IMG/VR virus record: IMGVR_UViG_3300012041_000064
Span: 1-24,215 of that record
DNA: 24,215 bases
Direction: 5' to 3' (one strand)
Source: a virus
Taxonomy: Duplodnaviria; Caudoviricetes
In this document: positions 1 to 8,382 of the stretch, piece after piece
Position numbering within the stretch: the first letter of the stretch is position 1
Layout: the number at the start of each line of letters is the position of its first letter
Made by a program: the position numbers and the translations under genes
Notes under the pieces: generated by a model
Database searches by the model: none
Told to the model about the DNA's origin: nothing
What the model saw: only the letters and a program-made list of their open reading frames with translations

Positions 1-471
1 CTCAATAGTGTATTCTTGGTTTTCATAAGCTTTAAAAATCTTACTCATGCCACCTTCTAACGCTTCAACACCTACTTGTACCTTATCTTGCTTATACTTG
101 ACAAAGTTTATATCGCTTAGATACCAACTTTGATAATTGTACGGTAAAACTATCCTATCAAGCTTTACAACCCCTAAATAAGCTGTTCCTTCATAACCTT
201 CTGTGTTATAGACGTGTTTCAGTATCTTAGCACCGTCTAAACCAAAAACCATTGGTACAGTAAGGTCTCTCACTAAACCCCAGTAGGTTGTATTACGGCC
301 ATATTTAACCAATGTTTCCCGCCAACCTTGCGGACTAAATACAAGGTGGGCCGGTTGACCGTTTGGCTTAAGCCAATCCAAGTCACCCTCTAGAACAACT
401 CCAGCATCACTTAAGTAATATGGACGTTTGTTCTTGGAAAACAAATACCATAAAAACGTTTTCCTTGCCAT
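1..471 (-). CDS. Tail tip / baseplate-hub-like structural protein, N-terminal 157 aa (runs off the window)
   Basis: ATG at 469-471 overlaps the tape measure stop (TGATG). Open to position 1: MARKTFLWYLFSK...SPQGWRETLVKYGRNTTYWGLVRD... Position directly after the tape measure gene. Absent from the ORF track because there is no stop in the window. Confidence 0.7.
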   Translation of the reverse strand, partial: MARKTFLWYLFSKNKRPYYLSDAGVVLEGDLDWLKPNGQPAHLVFSPQGWRETLVKYGRNTTYWGLVRDLTVPMVFGLDGAKILKHVYNTEGYEGTAYLGVVKLDRIVLPYNYQSWYLSDINFVKYKQDKVQVGVEALEGGMSKIFKAYENQEYTIE

Positions 472-3400
472 CAGTTTTTCAAATGTTGCTGGTAATATAC
501 GGTTGTTTCAATGTTCCTATCGTTGAAAATGTTGATATTAGCTTGTTTCTTCCTTATCTGTTTCAATTCCCATAACATTTCTTCTTGTGTCCGGTCTACC
601 TGTTGTGTACGGTCTACTGTACGGCTTTCTCTAATCACAACTTTAGAACTGCTTACTAAATCCCTAGTTACATCAGCTGGAAAAATCTTTGTACCTTCTT
701 TAAGGTCTGCAATTGTAGGTTTATTCCAGTAATGTAACTTACCGCTTCTATCAACTCCCAATTCTGCACCCTCTTCTCCAACTAAAGCTTTACCAGCTGG
801 TGAACTTTCTGTACCAGAAGCGAATTTAGGTAACGGTTGTGCAAGTACAGAAGTAACAGCAGCAATTCCTCCAGCAATGGTTAACGCTAATTGTGAACTT
901 AATAACGGTACAGAAGCAGCTGCTAAAGGATTAGTTAAAGACGTACCAATTGCTATAGATAACGCTGCCTTAATTTTAGCAACAGCCTGTATTGTGTCTG
1001 TAGTTATTTGCAAAACCTTAAACGCTTTATCAGCTATTGCCGTTTGACGGTCAATTTGTCTTTGTCTTCTTGCTAAAGCTTCTTTAGCTATTTGCGCCCT
1101 TGCTTCAATAATGGTTATACGTGCAGCCTTCTTTTCTTCTGAATCAGTACTTGCGTTAGCTGCTTCAATTTCCCTAGCTTTCTTTTTATCGATCAATTCT
1201 ATTTGATCATTTATCCGTTGTTTTTCCTTTTCAGCTAACCCTCCAATAACGTTTGAAAAGATTTCTGCTATTTGCTTATAGGTATCAATGTAATTTTGTT
1301 TGGTTTGTTCCAATATAGATTTTAACTGATCTGCTGAAGCTGTAGCAACTTCAACTTCACCGGTTGCTATTGCTGCTCTTGCTTCTTCTAAAGCTGCTTG
1401 CATAGCGGTTGTATCTTTACCTGCTGCCTTTAACAAGGCAATTTGTGTTTCATAAAACCGTATTTGGCTTTCTAATACCAATCGTTGATATTCCTTCTCA
1501 TTCTTAAGTTTTGCTTCATCATACCCTTCTTTAGTTGTTAGCCCGTCTTTAAAATTCTTAGCTGCCAACTGTTCACTTTGTGAATACTGTATCTTCAACA
1601 AATCCTGTTCCTTCTCAAATGCCGTCTGTAATGCATCTTGTTCACGTTGTGCCCTATCTGCCATGTCAGTTTCAAAGTCTGTAACACCTTGTTCAGCGTA
1701 AGCCTTGCGTTTGTTATTCTCATCAACTTGTATCTGTATAAGACGGATTGAAAGATCATTCCTGGCCTTAGCTATTTCGTCATTAGCTTTTAAGTCAATG
1801 AGTACCCTTTGGCTTGCTGCAAGGTCTTGTTGAGAAAGGTCATAAGTACGTTGTTTATTTATAGATTTAATTTCTGCATCAGCTATCTTCTTAGCCGCTT
1901 CTAATTTTGTTTTCACGCTATAAGGTGAATCAGTAGAAGAATCTAATTCGGCTTGTTGCTTTATTAAATCTTGCTTATACAAGAACAAATCTAAAGAAGC
2001 TTTCTTTTCTGCATCTGCAATACGTTTAGCTTCTGCAAGCCTTAAATTGTCTTGAGCCGTTACAGCATCAAGTTGTTTTTGGCTTATATTAGCATAGTCA
2101 TCAACTTTACTTTTGTAAAATTGCAACTTAGTATTTTCAGCTTCTATTTCTTTTTCAATATCTTCTGTGTCACTTGCTGCACCGCCAAGATTTAAGATAT
2201 TCACTCTTTTCTTCTGCAATACCTCTAATTGCTTTAAGGTTTCAGCGTATTTTTCATTGAAATGTATATAAGCATTTACTAAAGCATCTTCACCTTTTAT
2301 ACCTTCCTGACCGGCAGTATAGTTAAATTCTTCTGCTTCTGCTCTTCTAATAACGTCATCTATTTGCTTATCAATTATATCAGCTTCTTCATCTGCAATT
2401 TTCTTTTTCAAATTGAACAATTCTATAGCACTTGCACCCCTTGCTTCTGCTGAACTTAATTCCGCTCTTAGCAACCGTAAATTGTCATTAGCAGCTTGGC
2501 CTATTATTTCCGTTTGTTTAGAATAAACGTCATTAAGATCGGTCATTGCTTCGTTCAACCTTTTTGTTCTATCTATTGCTTCCTCTTGTGCATCTGCAAA
2601 CAAATTCATACTCTCTACAATCTTTATAAGGAAAGTAATTACAGCAACGACGGCAATTGCTTTTAAAGCTACACCAAATCTTTGCGCTGCTGTACTTCCT
2701 TTACCAAATAAAATTTCCCCTTGCTTAATGACAAAATTGTAAGCTTTATTTGCTGCTGTACCACGTCTGGTTATTTCGTTTCCTATACTCCGTATACTAT
2801 TAGCTACACCTTGTACGGCAACTAATTTAGTCAATATCTTCTGTTGCTCTTCATTTTCACCACCAAATAAAGCACTAGCACTATAGGCAGCCTGGAAACC
2901 GTCAGCTAATGTTGTTACTGCACCTGCTGCTAAATCTAGCTTTCTAGTATCGCTACTTAAAGCTTCAATTTCTTCTCTTATATCCCTTGCTGCATCTTTA
3001 GCTTTTGCTGCTTCTACCTTAAATGTGTTTAAGAACTCTTCTGTCTGGTTACCGGCAGAAGCTAAATTACCAACTGCAAATCCTATCTGCCTTACCGTCT
3101 TCTGTAAACTCTGTCCGGGTTTTTCTGCTGAAGCCATTACAGTACCTAATTCACTTATAGCATTAGTAGCTTTATCTAATGCTGCTTGATCTTCTGCTGT
3201 AACAAAACCCTGCACAATTGTTCTTTGTGTTATTTTGTCCTGTTCAGCTTTTAGCCTTTTAATTTCATCAGCTACCTTACTAAATAAGCTACTAAGACTA
3301 TTAGCATAATTACCTACATTACCTTTGAAATTACCAACTTTCTGCTGAATAGAATCTAATTCCTTTTTAAGACTGGCAGCGAATTGCGATAACGCTTTTC

Positions 3401-3929
3401 CCCTATCACTTTCTCTTTGTGCCTTAGAAAGTTTACCTAAAATTAGAGTGGCTTTCTGGTATTGTAAAGTAAGTTTTTGTTCACTACCTTCTGCAGCTTG
3501 CGAAATTGCTAACCGTAATTTTAAACTTTTAGCTAACTCTGCATTAGCCGTCTTCATTTTTATAAGACTTTCAGAAGCACCTTGCCTTAATAAAGTCTGT
3601 TTTGCTTCTTCTGCTGTAAGACCTTTTTGTAATTTTGTTACTTGCCTTATTTCTTCTGCCTGTTTTGAACCTTCAGCAGTATATTTAGAAAGCTTGGCGG
3701 CTAAATCATTTAATTCCTTTTGTTGCTGCTTTATTGTCTCATTCTGTTCTTTAAATGCAACCGTCAATTCGTTTACTCCCTTTACACTTTTAGAAGCATT
3801 TATGTCTATACCTAAATTTTTAAGTCTCACTACACCAGCTTCAACACGGTCAAACATTTTGAGTATCCGTTTTGTCTGGTCTTGCAATGCCTGTTCATTG
3901 GCATAACTGTCATAGAATTGTTCTGGCAT
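471..3929 (-). CDS. Tail tape measure protein
   Basis: 1152 aa, Ala/Lys/Glu/Gln-rich helical and coiled-coil composition, hydrophobic segments, C-terminal PLPKFASGT...ALVGEEGAEL signature. Lies after the tail genes. Confidence 0.92.
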   Translation of the reverse strand: MPEQFYDSYANEQALQDQTKRILKMFDRVEAGVVRLKNLGIDINASKSVKGVNELTVAFKEQNETIKQQQKELNDLAAKLSKYTAEGSKQAEEIRQVTKLQKGLTAEEAKQTLLRQGASESLIKMKTANAELAKSLKLRLAISQAAEGSEQKLTLQYQKATLILGKLSKAQRESDRGKALSQFAASLKKELDSIQQKVGNFKGNVGNYANSLSSLFSKVADEIKRLKAEQDKITQRTIVQGFVTAEDQAALDKATNAISELGTVMASAEKPGQSLQKTVRQIGFAVGNLASAGNQTEEFLNTFKVEAAKAKDAARDIREEIEALSSDTRKLDLAAGAVTTLADGFQAAYSASALFGGENEEQQKILTKLVAVQGVANSIRSIGNEITRRGTAANKAYNFVIKQGEILFGKGSTAAQRFGVALKAIAVVAVITFLIKIVESMNLFADAQEEAIDRTKRLNEAMTDLNDVYSKQTEIIGQAANDNLRLLRAELSSAEARGASAIELFNLKKKIADEEADIIDKQIDDVIRRAEAEEFNYTAGQEGIKGEDALVNAYIHFNEKYAETLKQLEVLQKKRVNILNLGGAASDTEDIEKEIEAENTKLQFYKSKVDDYANISQKQLDAVTAQDNLRLAEAKRIADAEKKASLDLFLYKQDLIKQQAELDSSTDSPYSVKTKLEAAKKIADAEIKSINKQRTYDLSQQDLAASQRVLIDLKANDEIAKARNDLSIRLIQIQVDENNKRKAYAEQGVTDFETDMADRAQREQDALQTAFEKEQDLLKIQYSQSEQLAAKNFKDGLTTKEGYDEAKLKNEKEYQRLVLESQIRFYETQIALLKAAGKDTTAMQAALEEARAAIATGEVEVATASADQLKSILEQTKQNYIDTYKQIAEIFSNVIGGLAEKEKQRINDQIELIDKKKAREIEAANASTDSEEKKAARITIIEARAQIAKEALARRQRQIDRQTAIADKAFKVLQITTDTIQAVAKIKAALSIAIGTSLTNPLAAASVPLLSSQLALTIAGGIAAVTSVLAQPLPKFASGTESSPAGKALVGEEGAELGVDRSGKLHYWNKPTIADLKEGTKIFPADVTRDLVSSSKVVIRESRTVDRTQQVDRTQEEMLWELKQIRKKQANINIFNDRNIETTVYYQQHLKN

Positions 3930-4601
3930 TTAATTCTTTTTATGCTCTTCTAAAAAGCTGTTAATAATCGCTGCCATCTCAAACACGGTTGTCTTCTTAT
4001 TAATCTTGTAACCGTCTTTCCTCAATATAGCCATCTCTTTTTGATAATCCATTCTGTCTCTCTTCTCTAAACTTGCACCTTTAGTTAGTGCAGAATACTC
4101 TTGATAATATTGGTTCAAGAAGACAATTTGCGCCCTCACTTGTATATCCACTAATTCTAATTGTCTTCTGTAATCTTCTGTGTTTTCTAAATTCTGAATA
4201 TAAGGAAAGCCCATTTCCACTAAAGCCAAAGCCACCGGTTCAGAATACCATTCTTTAAAAAATAGAAGGGTACTTTCAACAAACTCCATCTTACGTTCAG
4301 CAACATTTATCTTTTTCCAGCATTCTAATATGGAATTGCTTTTTTCTGTTTTGATTAAACTACTAAACTCTTGTAAGATTTCGCTCCAATTTTCCTCCCC
4401 ACCAACCAAATCAAAATTGTCAGTTACACTAACCTCAATATATGTATAGTATTTAAGAGTTTCGCATGTTGGGTGTAATCCACTCTCCTGGAATGTTGTT
4501 TGCTTCTGTTCCAACGTAGATAATACCCTCCCAAATTTTGACCCAATCTCCTGTTTCTTTTGCTTTACTTCTTGCTTGGGCTTGGATATTTTCTTTTTCA
4601 A
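3930..4601 (-). CDS. Putative tail assembly chaperone (pre-tape-measure gene); start uncertain
   Basis: Stop abuts the tape measure ATG. Only TTG starts (4601, 4514) are available near the 5' end, and it overlaps the 4453-4647 ORF in the +1 frame. Confidence 0.55.
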   Translation of the reverse strand: MKKKISKPKQEVKQKKQEIGSKFGRVLSTLEQKQTTFQESGLHPTCETLKYYTYIEVSVTDNFDLVGGEENWSEILQEFSSLIKTEKSNSILECWKKINVAERKMEFVESTLLFFKEWYSEPVALALVEMGFPYIQNLENTEDYRRQLELVDIQVRAQIVFLNQYYQEYSALTKGASLEKRDRMDYQKEMAILRKDGYKINKKTTVFEMAAIINSFLEEHKKN

Positions 4602-4647
4602 TTTGCTTTGCTTTTAGTTCAGGAAAGCAACCTTCACAGTTTTCCAT
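4453..4647 (-). CDS. Small tail-module protein with N-terminal CxxC (64 aa)
   Basis: ATG overlaps the end of the upstream gene. MENCEGCF... Sits in the tail operon. Confidence 0.65.
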   Translation of the reverse strand: MENCEGCFPELKAKQIEKENIQAQARSKAKETGDWVKIWEGIIYVGTEANNIPGEWITPNMRNS

Positions 4648-5077
4648 TTAGTTGCTTTTGAATGTTTCGGTTAATTGCTGCTTCTAAGTAAACTTTGCTG
4701 TAATCTTTCTTATACTCTTCTGACAAACCCCAAATCCGTTCACCATACTTATCTGTAAGCTTTTCATACTTCTGGTCTACACTTATAATGAAAAAAGACC
4801 TTTGAAAGAACTTTATGACCATTCCTCTATAGAACTCACCGTAAAGTTTTAAATCGACATTCCATGCACCTGCTTTAGGATTAAGGTTGTACTTCTTTAC
4901 GGCATAGCTTTTATTCTTGTACTTCCCTATCTTCGTTCCATCACTTGCCAGACCGTGTTGCATTTGTGCCTTCTGGTATTCCAATATCTCTCCTTTAGTT
5001 TCTTCTAATGCATCACCTATAGCTAAATTGAAGTTAAGTGTTCTGAACTTCTTTCGCATTGCATTTATTCCAGCCAT
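4634..5077 (-). CDS. Tail completion / neck protein (HK97 gp10-like, tentative)
   Basis: Start moved to MAGINAMRKK (5077) because the track's start lies inside a hairpin. Basic protein with QMQHG..SDG..IGKY and VDLKLYGEFY motifs resembling virion morphogenesis proteins. Confidence 0.55.
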   Translation of the reverse strand: MAGINAMRKKFRTLNFNLAIGDALEETKGEILEYQKAQMQHGLASDGTKIGKYKNKSYAVKKYNLNPKAGAWNVDLKLYGEFYRGMVIKFFQRSFFIISVDQKYEKLTDKYGERIWGLSEEYKKDYSKVYLEAAINRNIQKQLNGKL

Positions 5078-5092
5078 ACAGAAGGTTTTAAG

Positions 5093-5124
5093 AAGGGCTG
5101 CCTTAACCGTCATTGGCAGCCCTT
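5093..5124 (-). terminator. GC-rich stem-loop; probable partial terminator or mRNA stabiliser after the tail tube genes
   Basis: Perfect 10-bp stem AAGGGCTGCC-N12-GGCAGCCCTT in an intergenic gap. The U-tract is weak (TTCTT). Confidence 0.6.
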
Positions 5125-5135
5125 TGTACTTATTC

Positions 5136-5387
5136 CTAACCTTTCCTTTCGTTCAGTTGTTTGACGGCTTGTAAACGTACCTGCTCTGCAGTTCTTGCAT
5201 CAGCTTCCTTTTTATCAGAATCACCAATGTCTTTTTTGAACTGGTCATAAGCTTTACCAGCCCACTCTGCATTAGGCGCAATTTTATCGGCAATCAATGC
5301 TTTAGTTGCCTCTTCTTTAGTCATAGAAGCAAAATGACGTGCATTGATATTTTTACCGTCAATCTTTGAATTTACGTACTTTTCCAT
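5136..5387 (-). CDS. Hypothetical tail-module protein (83 aa), possible chaperone
   Basis: ATG (MEKYVNSK) 16 nt after the tail tube stop with an A-rich leader. Confidence 0.65.
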   Translation of the reverse strand: MEKYVNSKIDGKNINARHFASMTKEEATKALIADKIAPNAEWAGKAYDQFKKDIGDSDKKEADARTAEQVRLQAVKQLNERKG

Positions 5388-5403
5388 AATTGTAAAGGGT
5401 TTT

Positions 5404-6456
5404 TTACTTGATAACGATAACTGGTTTAAATTCAAAAGGTGTTACACCGGCTGCCTTCATTGCTGCTGCTGTTGGGCCGTTTATTTGAACCCTGTCACCT
5501 GTATTAAGTGCAGTCCAAGCAGTAGAATCCAACGTTACTCCTAATGTACCGGCTGCATAAGCAACAGAAGTAACTGTAAATACTGCACCTGTTTCCAGGT
5601 TTCTTGCAGTGAATGTAAGACCGTCAATAATTGTACCGTACAATGGCCCAATGTCTGTGCCACCGTCTGATATAAGTAAGAACTCGTGAACGTTTGCTGC
5701 ACTGCTTGACAATTTCATGTCGATATTAATTAAACCAACGGCTGCCAAAACACCAGTATTAAGGACAACATACCGGCTTGAATCCCTTACTTCATTGATA
5801 CTTCCCAATGTTGTACGGAAAGCGTATTGGTTTGTAGCTTCTGTAACAATGAATTTACCAGTATCAACATAAGACTGGAGAACAGAATAACCTTTCATAT
5901 TTACTCCACTTGCACAACCGTACAAAGCAAATTTGTCATCCAAGAAGAAAACATCAAGCTGACTTCCACCCATAAGAGCCATGTTGGTGTGCCTCTTCTC
6001 TGTACCGTTGTAACCAAAACGGAAAGCAGGAACAGCATCAGAAACCACAATGGTTGCGGTTGTAAGGTTTCCTATTGGGCCGGTTGTAGGGTCACCAGTA
6101 TTATCTTCGAAGTTATTCAAATCCCAAACAGGATACACTCTACCACCTCTTGCGGCATGTGTTTTTGTAATTATAGCTGCAATTAAGGCAACTGGTGAAG
6201 CAGCATCAGAAGGTGTAAATACAACACCTCTGTCAGCAAACATAACCCCTTTGATCTTACCTTTAGCAAGATCACAAAGAGGAATACCAGTATTGAATGT
6301 GCTATCTGGCGAAGCACAGTTTGCTAAATCAAAGATATCTGCCATATAAGCAGCTTTTGCAAAGTCGTTACCAGTCATCTGCAACCTTCTGGAAACAATC
6401 TTCGGCAAAAAGTGCTTTTGTGGTAAAAGCTTTTTTCGATTAATATGTGTGTTCAT
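5404..6456 (-). CDS. Major tail tube protein
   Basis: ~350 aa, Thr/Gly/Ala-rich beta composition, C...NTG...C motif near the N-terminus, likely C-terminal Ig-like domain. Start at 6456 (5 nt after the upstream stop) or at 6345. Confidence 0.75.
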   Translation of the reverse strand: MNTHINRKKLLPQKHFLPKIVSRRLQMTGNDFAKAAYMADIFDLANCASPDSTFNTGIPLCDLAKGKIKGVMFADRGVVFTPSDAASPVALIAAIITKTHAARGGRVYPVWDLNNFEDNTGDPTTGPIGNLTTATIVVSDAVPAFRFGYNGTEKRHTNMALMGGSQLDVFFLDDKFALYGCASGVNMKGYSVLQSYVDTGKFIVTEATNQYAFRTTLGSINEVRDSSRYVVLNTGVLAAVGLINIDMKLSSSAANVHEFLLISDGGTDIGPLYGTIIDGLTFTARNLETGAVFTVTSVAYAAGTLGVTLDSTAWTALNTGDRVQINGPTAAAMKAAGVTPFEFKPVIVIK

Positions 6457-6461
6457 TTTCT

Positions 6462-7004
6462 TTAAATTATTTGAGTTGAAGGAATACAATTTGCGTTATT
6501 AGAAATAGGAATACCGAATATTGAAACAATGCTGCAATCCACTTTATCACCAAATATCTTTTCCGTATCTGCACCCCAATAATACCTATCAGAGAATGTA
6601 TGTGGTATCTGATCTTTACTTTGCGTTGTAAAAGCTAATGAAAGGTCTATCTGTTTCATCAATGAACGGTAAATTGGCCAAATAATTGGCTTGTAAACTA
6701 AAGTTACTCTCTGTGCAGCCTTGTAATTTTGATCTGTCTGCATTATAATAAACAACCTTATGTCTACTGTACCGTAAATAGTTTCTCCAGGTTTAGTCCT
6801 AACAACTGTAAACGGCTGTTCCAACCACAATATAGGGAATTTCAAAGAAACGCTGGCAGGGTCTTTAGCCCATTGTGTCAACATCTCATTTAATTCGTCA
6901 ACATAACCATACTGGTAATTAAGAACAGGTAAAGTAAGTTCTGTTTTAACAGAAGTAGCTATTGTGCCCACTTCATCCACTATTATGTATTCTGGTGCAT
7001 TCAT
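6462..7004 (-). CDS. Head-tail module protein, probable tail terminator
   Basis: 180 aa with KFPILWL and YKPIIWPIY motifs. Directly upstream of the tail tube gene; start overlaps the previous stop. Confidence 0.6.
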   Translation of the reverse strand: MNAPEYIIVDEVGTIATSVKTELTLPVLNYQYGYVDELNEMLTQWAKDPASVSLKFPILWLEQPFTVVRTKPGETIYGTVDIRLFIIMQTDQNYKAAQRVTLVYKPIIWPIYRSLMKQIDLSLAFTTQSKDQIPHTFSDRYYWGADTEKIFGDKVDCSIVSIFGIPISNNANCIPSTQII

Positions 7005-7543
7005 TAGAAGAACGGAATTATTGACCTTACTAAATTTTTACGTTCATGGTATAAAAGCCTGTCATCTTCAGGGAAACTTACATAAACCGGTTTAACATAT
7101 TCTGGGTAATCAGCGTTATCTTCTACAAACGAAAGAACCTTATTATTCATCTTTACCATTTCATTCCAAGCTAATTTAACTTTCACTGCTGAACCCACAT
7201 TACGGTAACCTTCATTCCCACTATAAATGGTTTCACCCTTACCAGTTGTATCCGTTGCTACATGCCTCTGGTAAAACCAATAAATGTAATTAGCAACAGG
7301 TGAAATTTTGTTTGTTGTGTCGAATATTCGACTGTTCAAAGTTGTCCATTTAGGGTCAGGTGAACCGGCTGCCATTCCTGTTTTATAAGCTTCATATAGG
7401 TCATCTCCCAACAACAGCCTTAAGAAGGTTTCAGAATGTTTTGCAATAAACCATGAAAGGTTATTTGCAACACTGGTCTCTGTAACCTGTGCTATTGTAA
7501 GGTTTCCCCTGAAGTAAGTATTGTCAATTGTGGTAATTGGCAT
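7004..7543 (-). CDS. Head-tail adaptor/connector protein
   Basis: 179 aa helical protein (FLRLLLGDDLY, SPVANYIYWFY) downstream of the capsid gene. Confidence 0.65.
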   Translation of the reverse strand: MPITTIDNTYFRGNLTIAQVTETSVANNLSWFIAKHSETFLRLLLGDDLYEAYKTGMAAGSPDPKWTTLNSRIFDTTNKISPVANYIYWFYQRHVATDTTGKGETIYSGNEGYRNVGSAVKVKLAWNEMVKMNNKVLSFVEDNADYPEYVKPVYVSFPEDDRLLYHERKNLVRSIIPFF

Positions 7544-7554
7544 ATTGTTTCAGT

Positions 7555-7956
7555 TTACTCTTTCGTTACATAAGCAGCTGCCGAATAACTTGCAGACATT
7601 GTTCCCGTACCGGTTATAAGTATTCGGTAATACAAAAACTTTTTAGGCACATCCCAAAATCTTAGCGTTTGTGTTGCATCTGCTAAAGCCTGTGTTGTGT
7701 CTATTGTTGCATAACCTTTGGAAACTTGGTTGCTACCTTGCAACACTGCTGTACCCCCCACTGTACCGGAAATTTTTGTAACTAACAAAGTAAATGAAGC
7801 TGTTTCCTGAAAGCCTTTAAGCTGAACAGTACAAGCTTCTGGTGTTGTGTTGGCAACCGTGTCCAATGCCAACCCATTTGGGTTAGTCATTGCTACTTGC
7901 GCCTGTGCTAACGAACACAACAATAGAATAGGAATGAGAAATAAAATCTTTTTCAT
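7555..7956 (-). CDS. Beta-rich protein with Sec signal peptide, within the morphogenesis operon
   Basis: MKK-ILFLIPILLLCSL-AQA|Q signal peptide. Mature part is Thr/Ala/Gly-rich with GTAVLQGSN and FLYYRILITG strands. Confidence 0.8.
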   Translation of the reverse strand: MKKILFLIPILLLCSLAQAQVAMTNPNGLALDTVANTTPEACTVQLKGFQETASFTLLVTKISGTVGGTAVLQGSNQVSKGYATIDTTQALADATQTLRFWDVPKKFLYYRILITGTGTMSASYSAAAYVTKE

Positions 7957-7981
7957 TTTTAAAATGTTTTTATTGCGTTTA

Positions 7982-8335
7982 TTACTTTTTGTTTACGACA
8001 CCGGTTTTTGTGGTAATAGGTCTTGGGCCATCCAAATCTTCCAACTCACCTAATATAGCTTTTTCTAAAACCTTCTCTTCTCCTTTAGCCTTACCTATTA
8101 CAGCATCAGCGTTAGCTTTAAGCTGTGCATCAGTAAGCTCACCGTCAAAGAGTTTAGCTTTACCTTGTGCCACCAATTTTTCTGCTAAAGCAGGGTGTAC
8201 CATTGTTACGTGATACGGTTTTGTATGGTGTTTGGAATTAGTGAATAGTACCTGTACCTTAGATTTCGGTCTTACTTTACCGTCTGTTAATTTACTGTCA
8301 GGTGTCTGTGTCTTTGCTGTTCTTTCTTGTGCCAT
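7982..8335 (-). CDS. Small post-capsid protein (117 aa)
   Basis: Follows the capsid gene. The VHPALAEKLVAQGKAK segment resembles small capsid-adjacent proteins of HK97-like phages. Confidence 0.7.
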   Translation of the reverse strand: MAQERTAKTQTPDSKLTDGKVRPKSKVQVLFTNSKHHTKPYHVTMVHPALAEKLVAQGKAKLFDGELTDAQLKANADAVIGKAKGEEKVLEKAILGELEDLDGPRPITTKTGVVNKK

Positions 8336-8382
8336 GATAATTTTGTGTTTTTAATTGATTATAGAATCAAACCCGAAAACTC

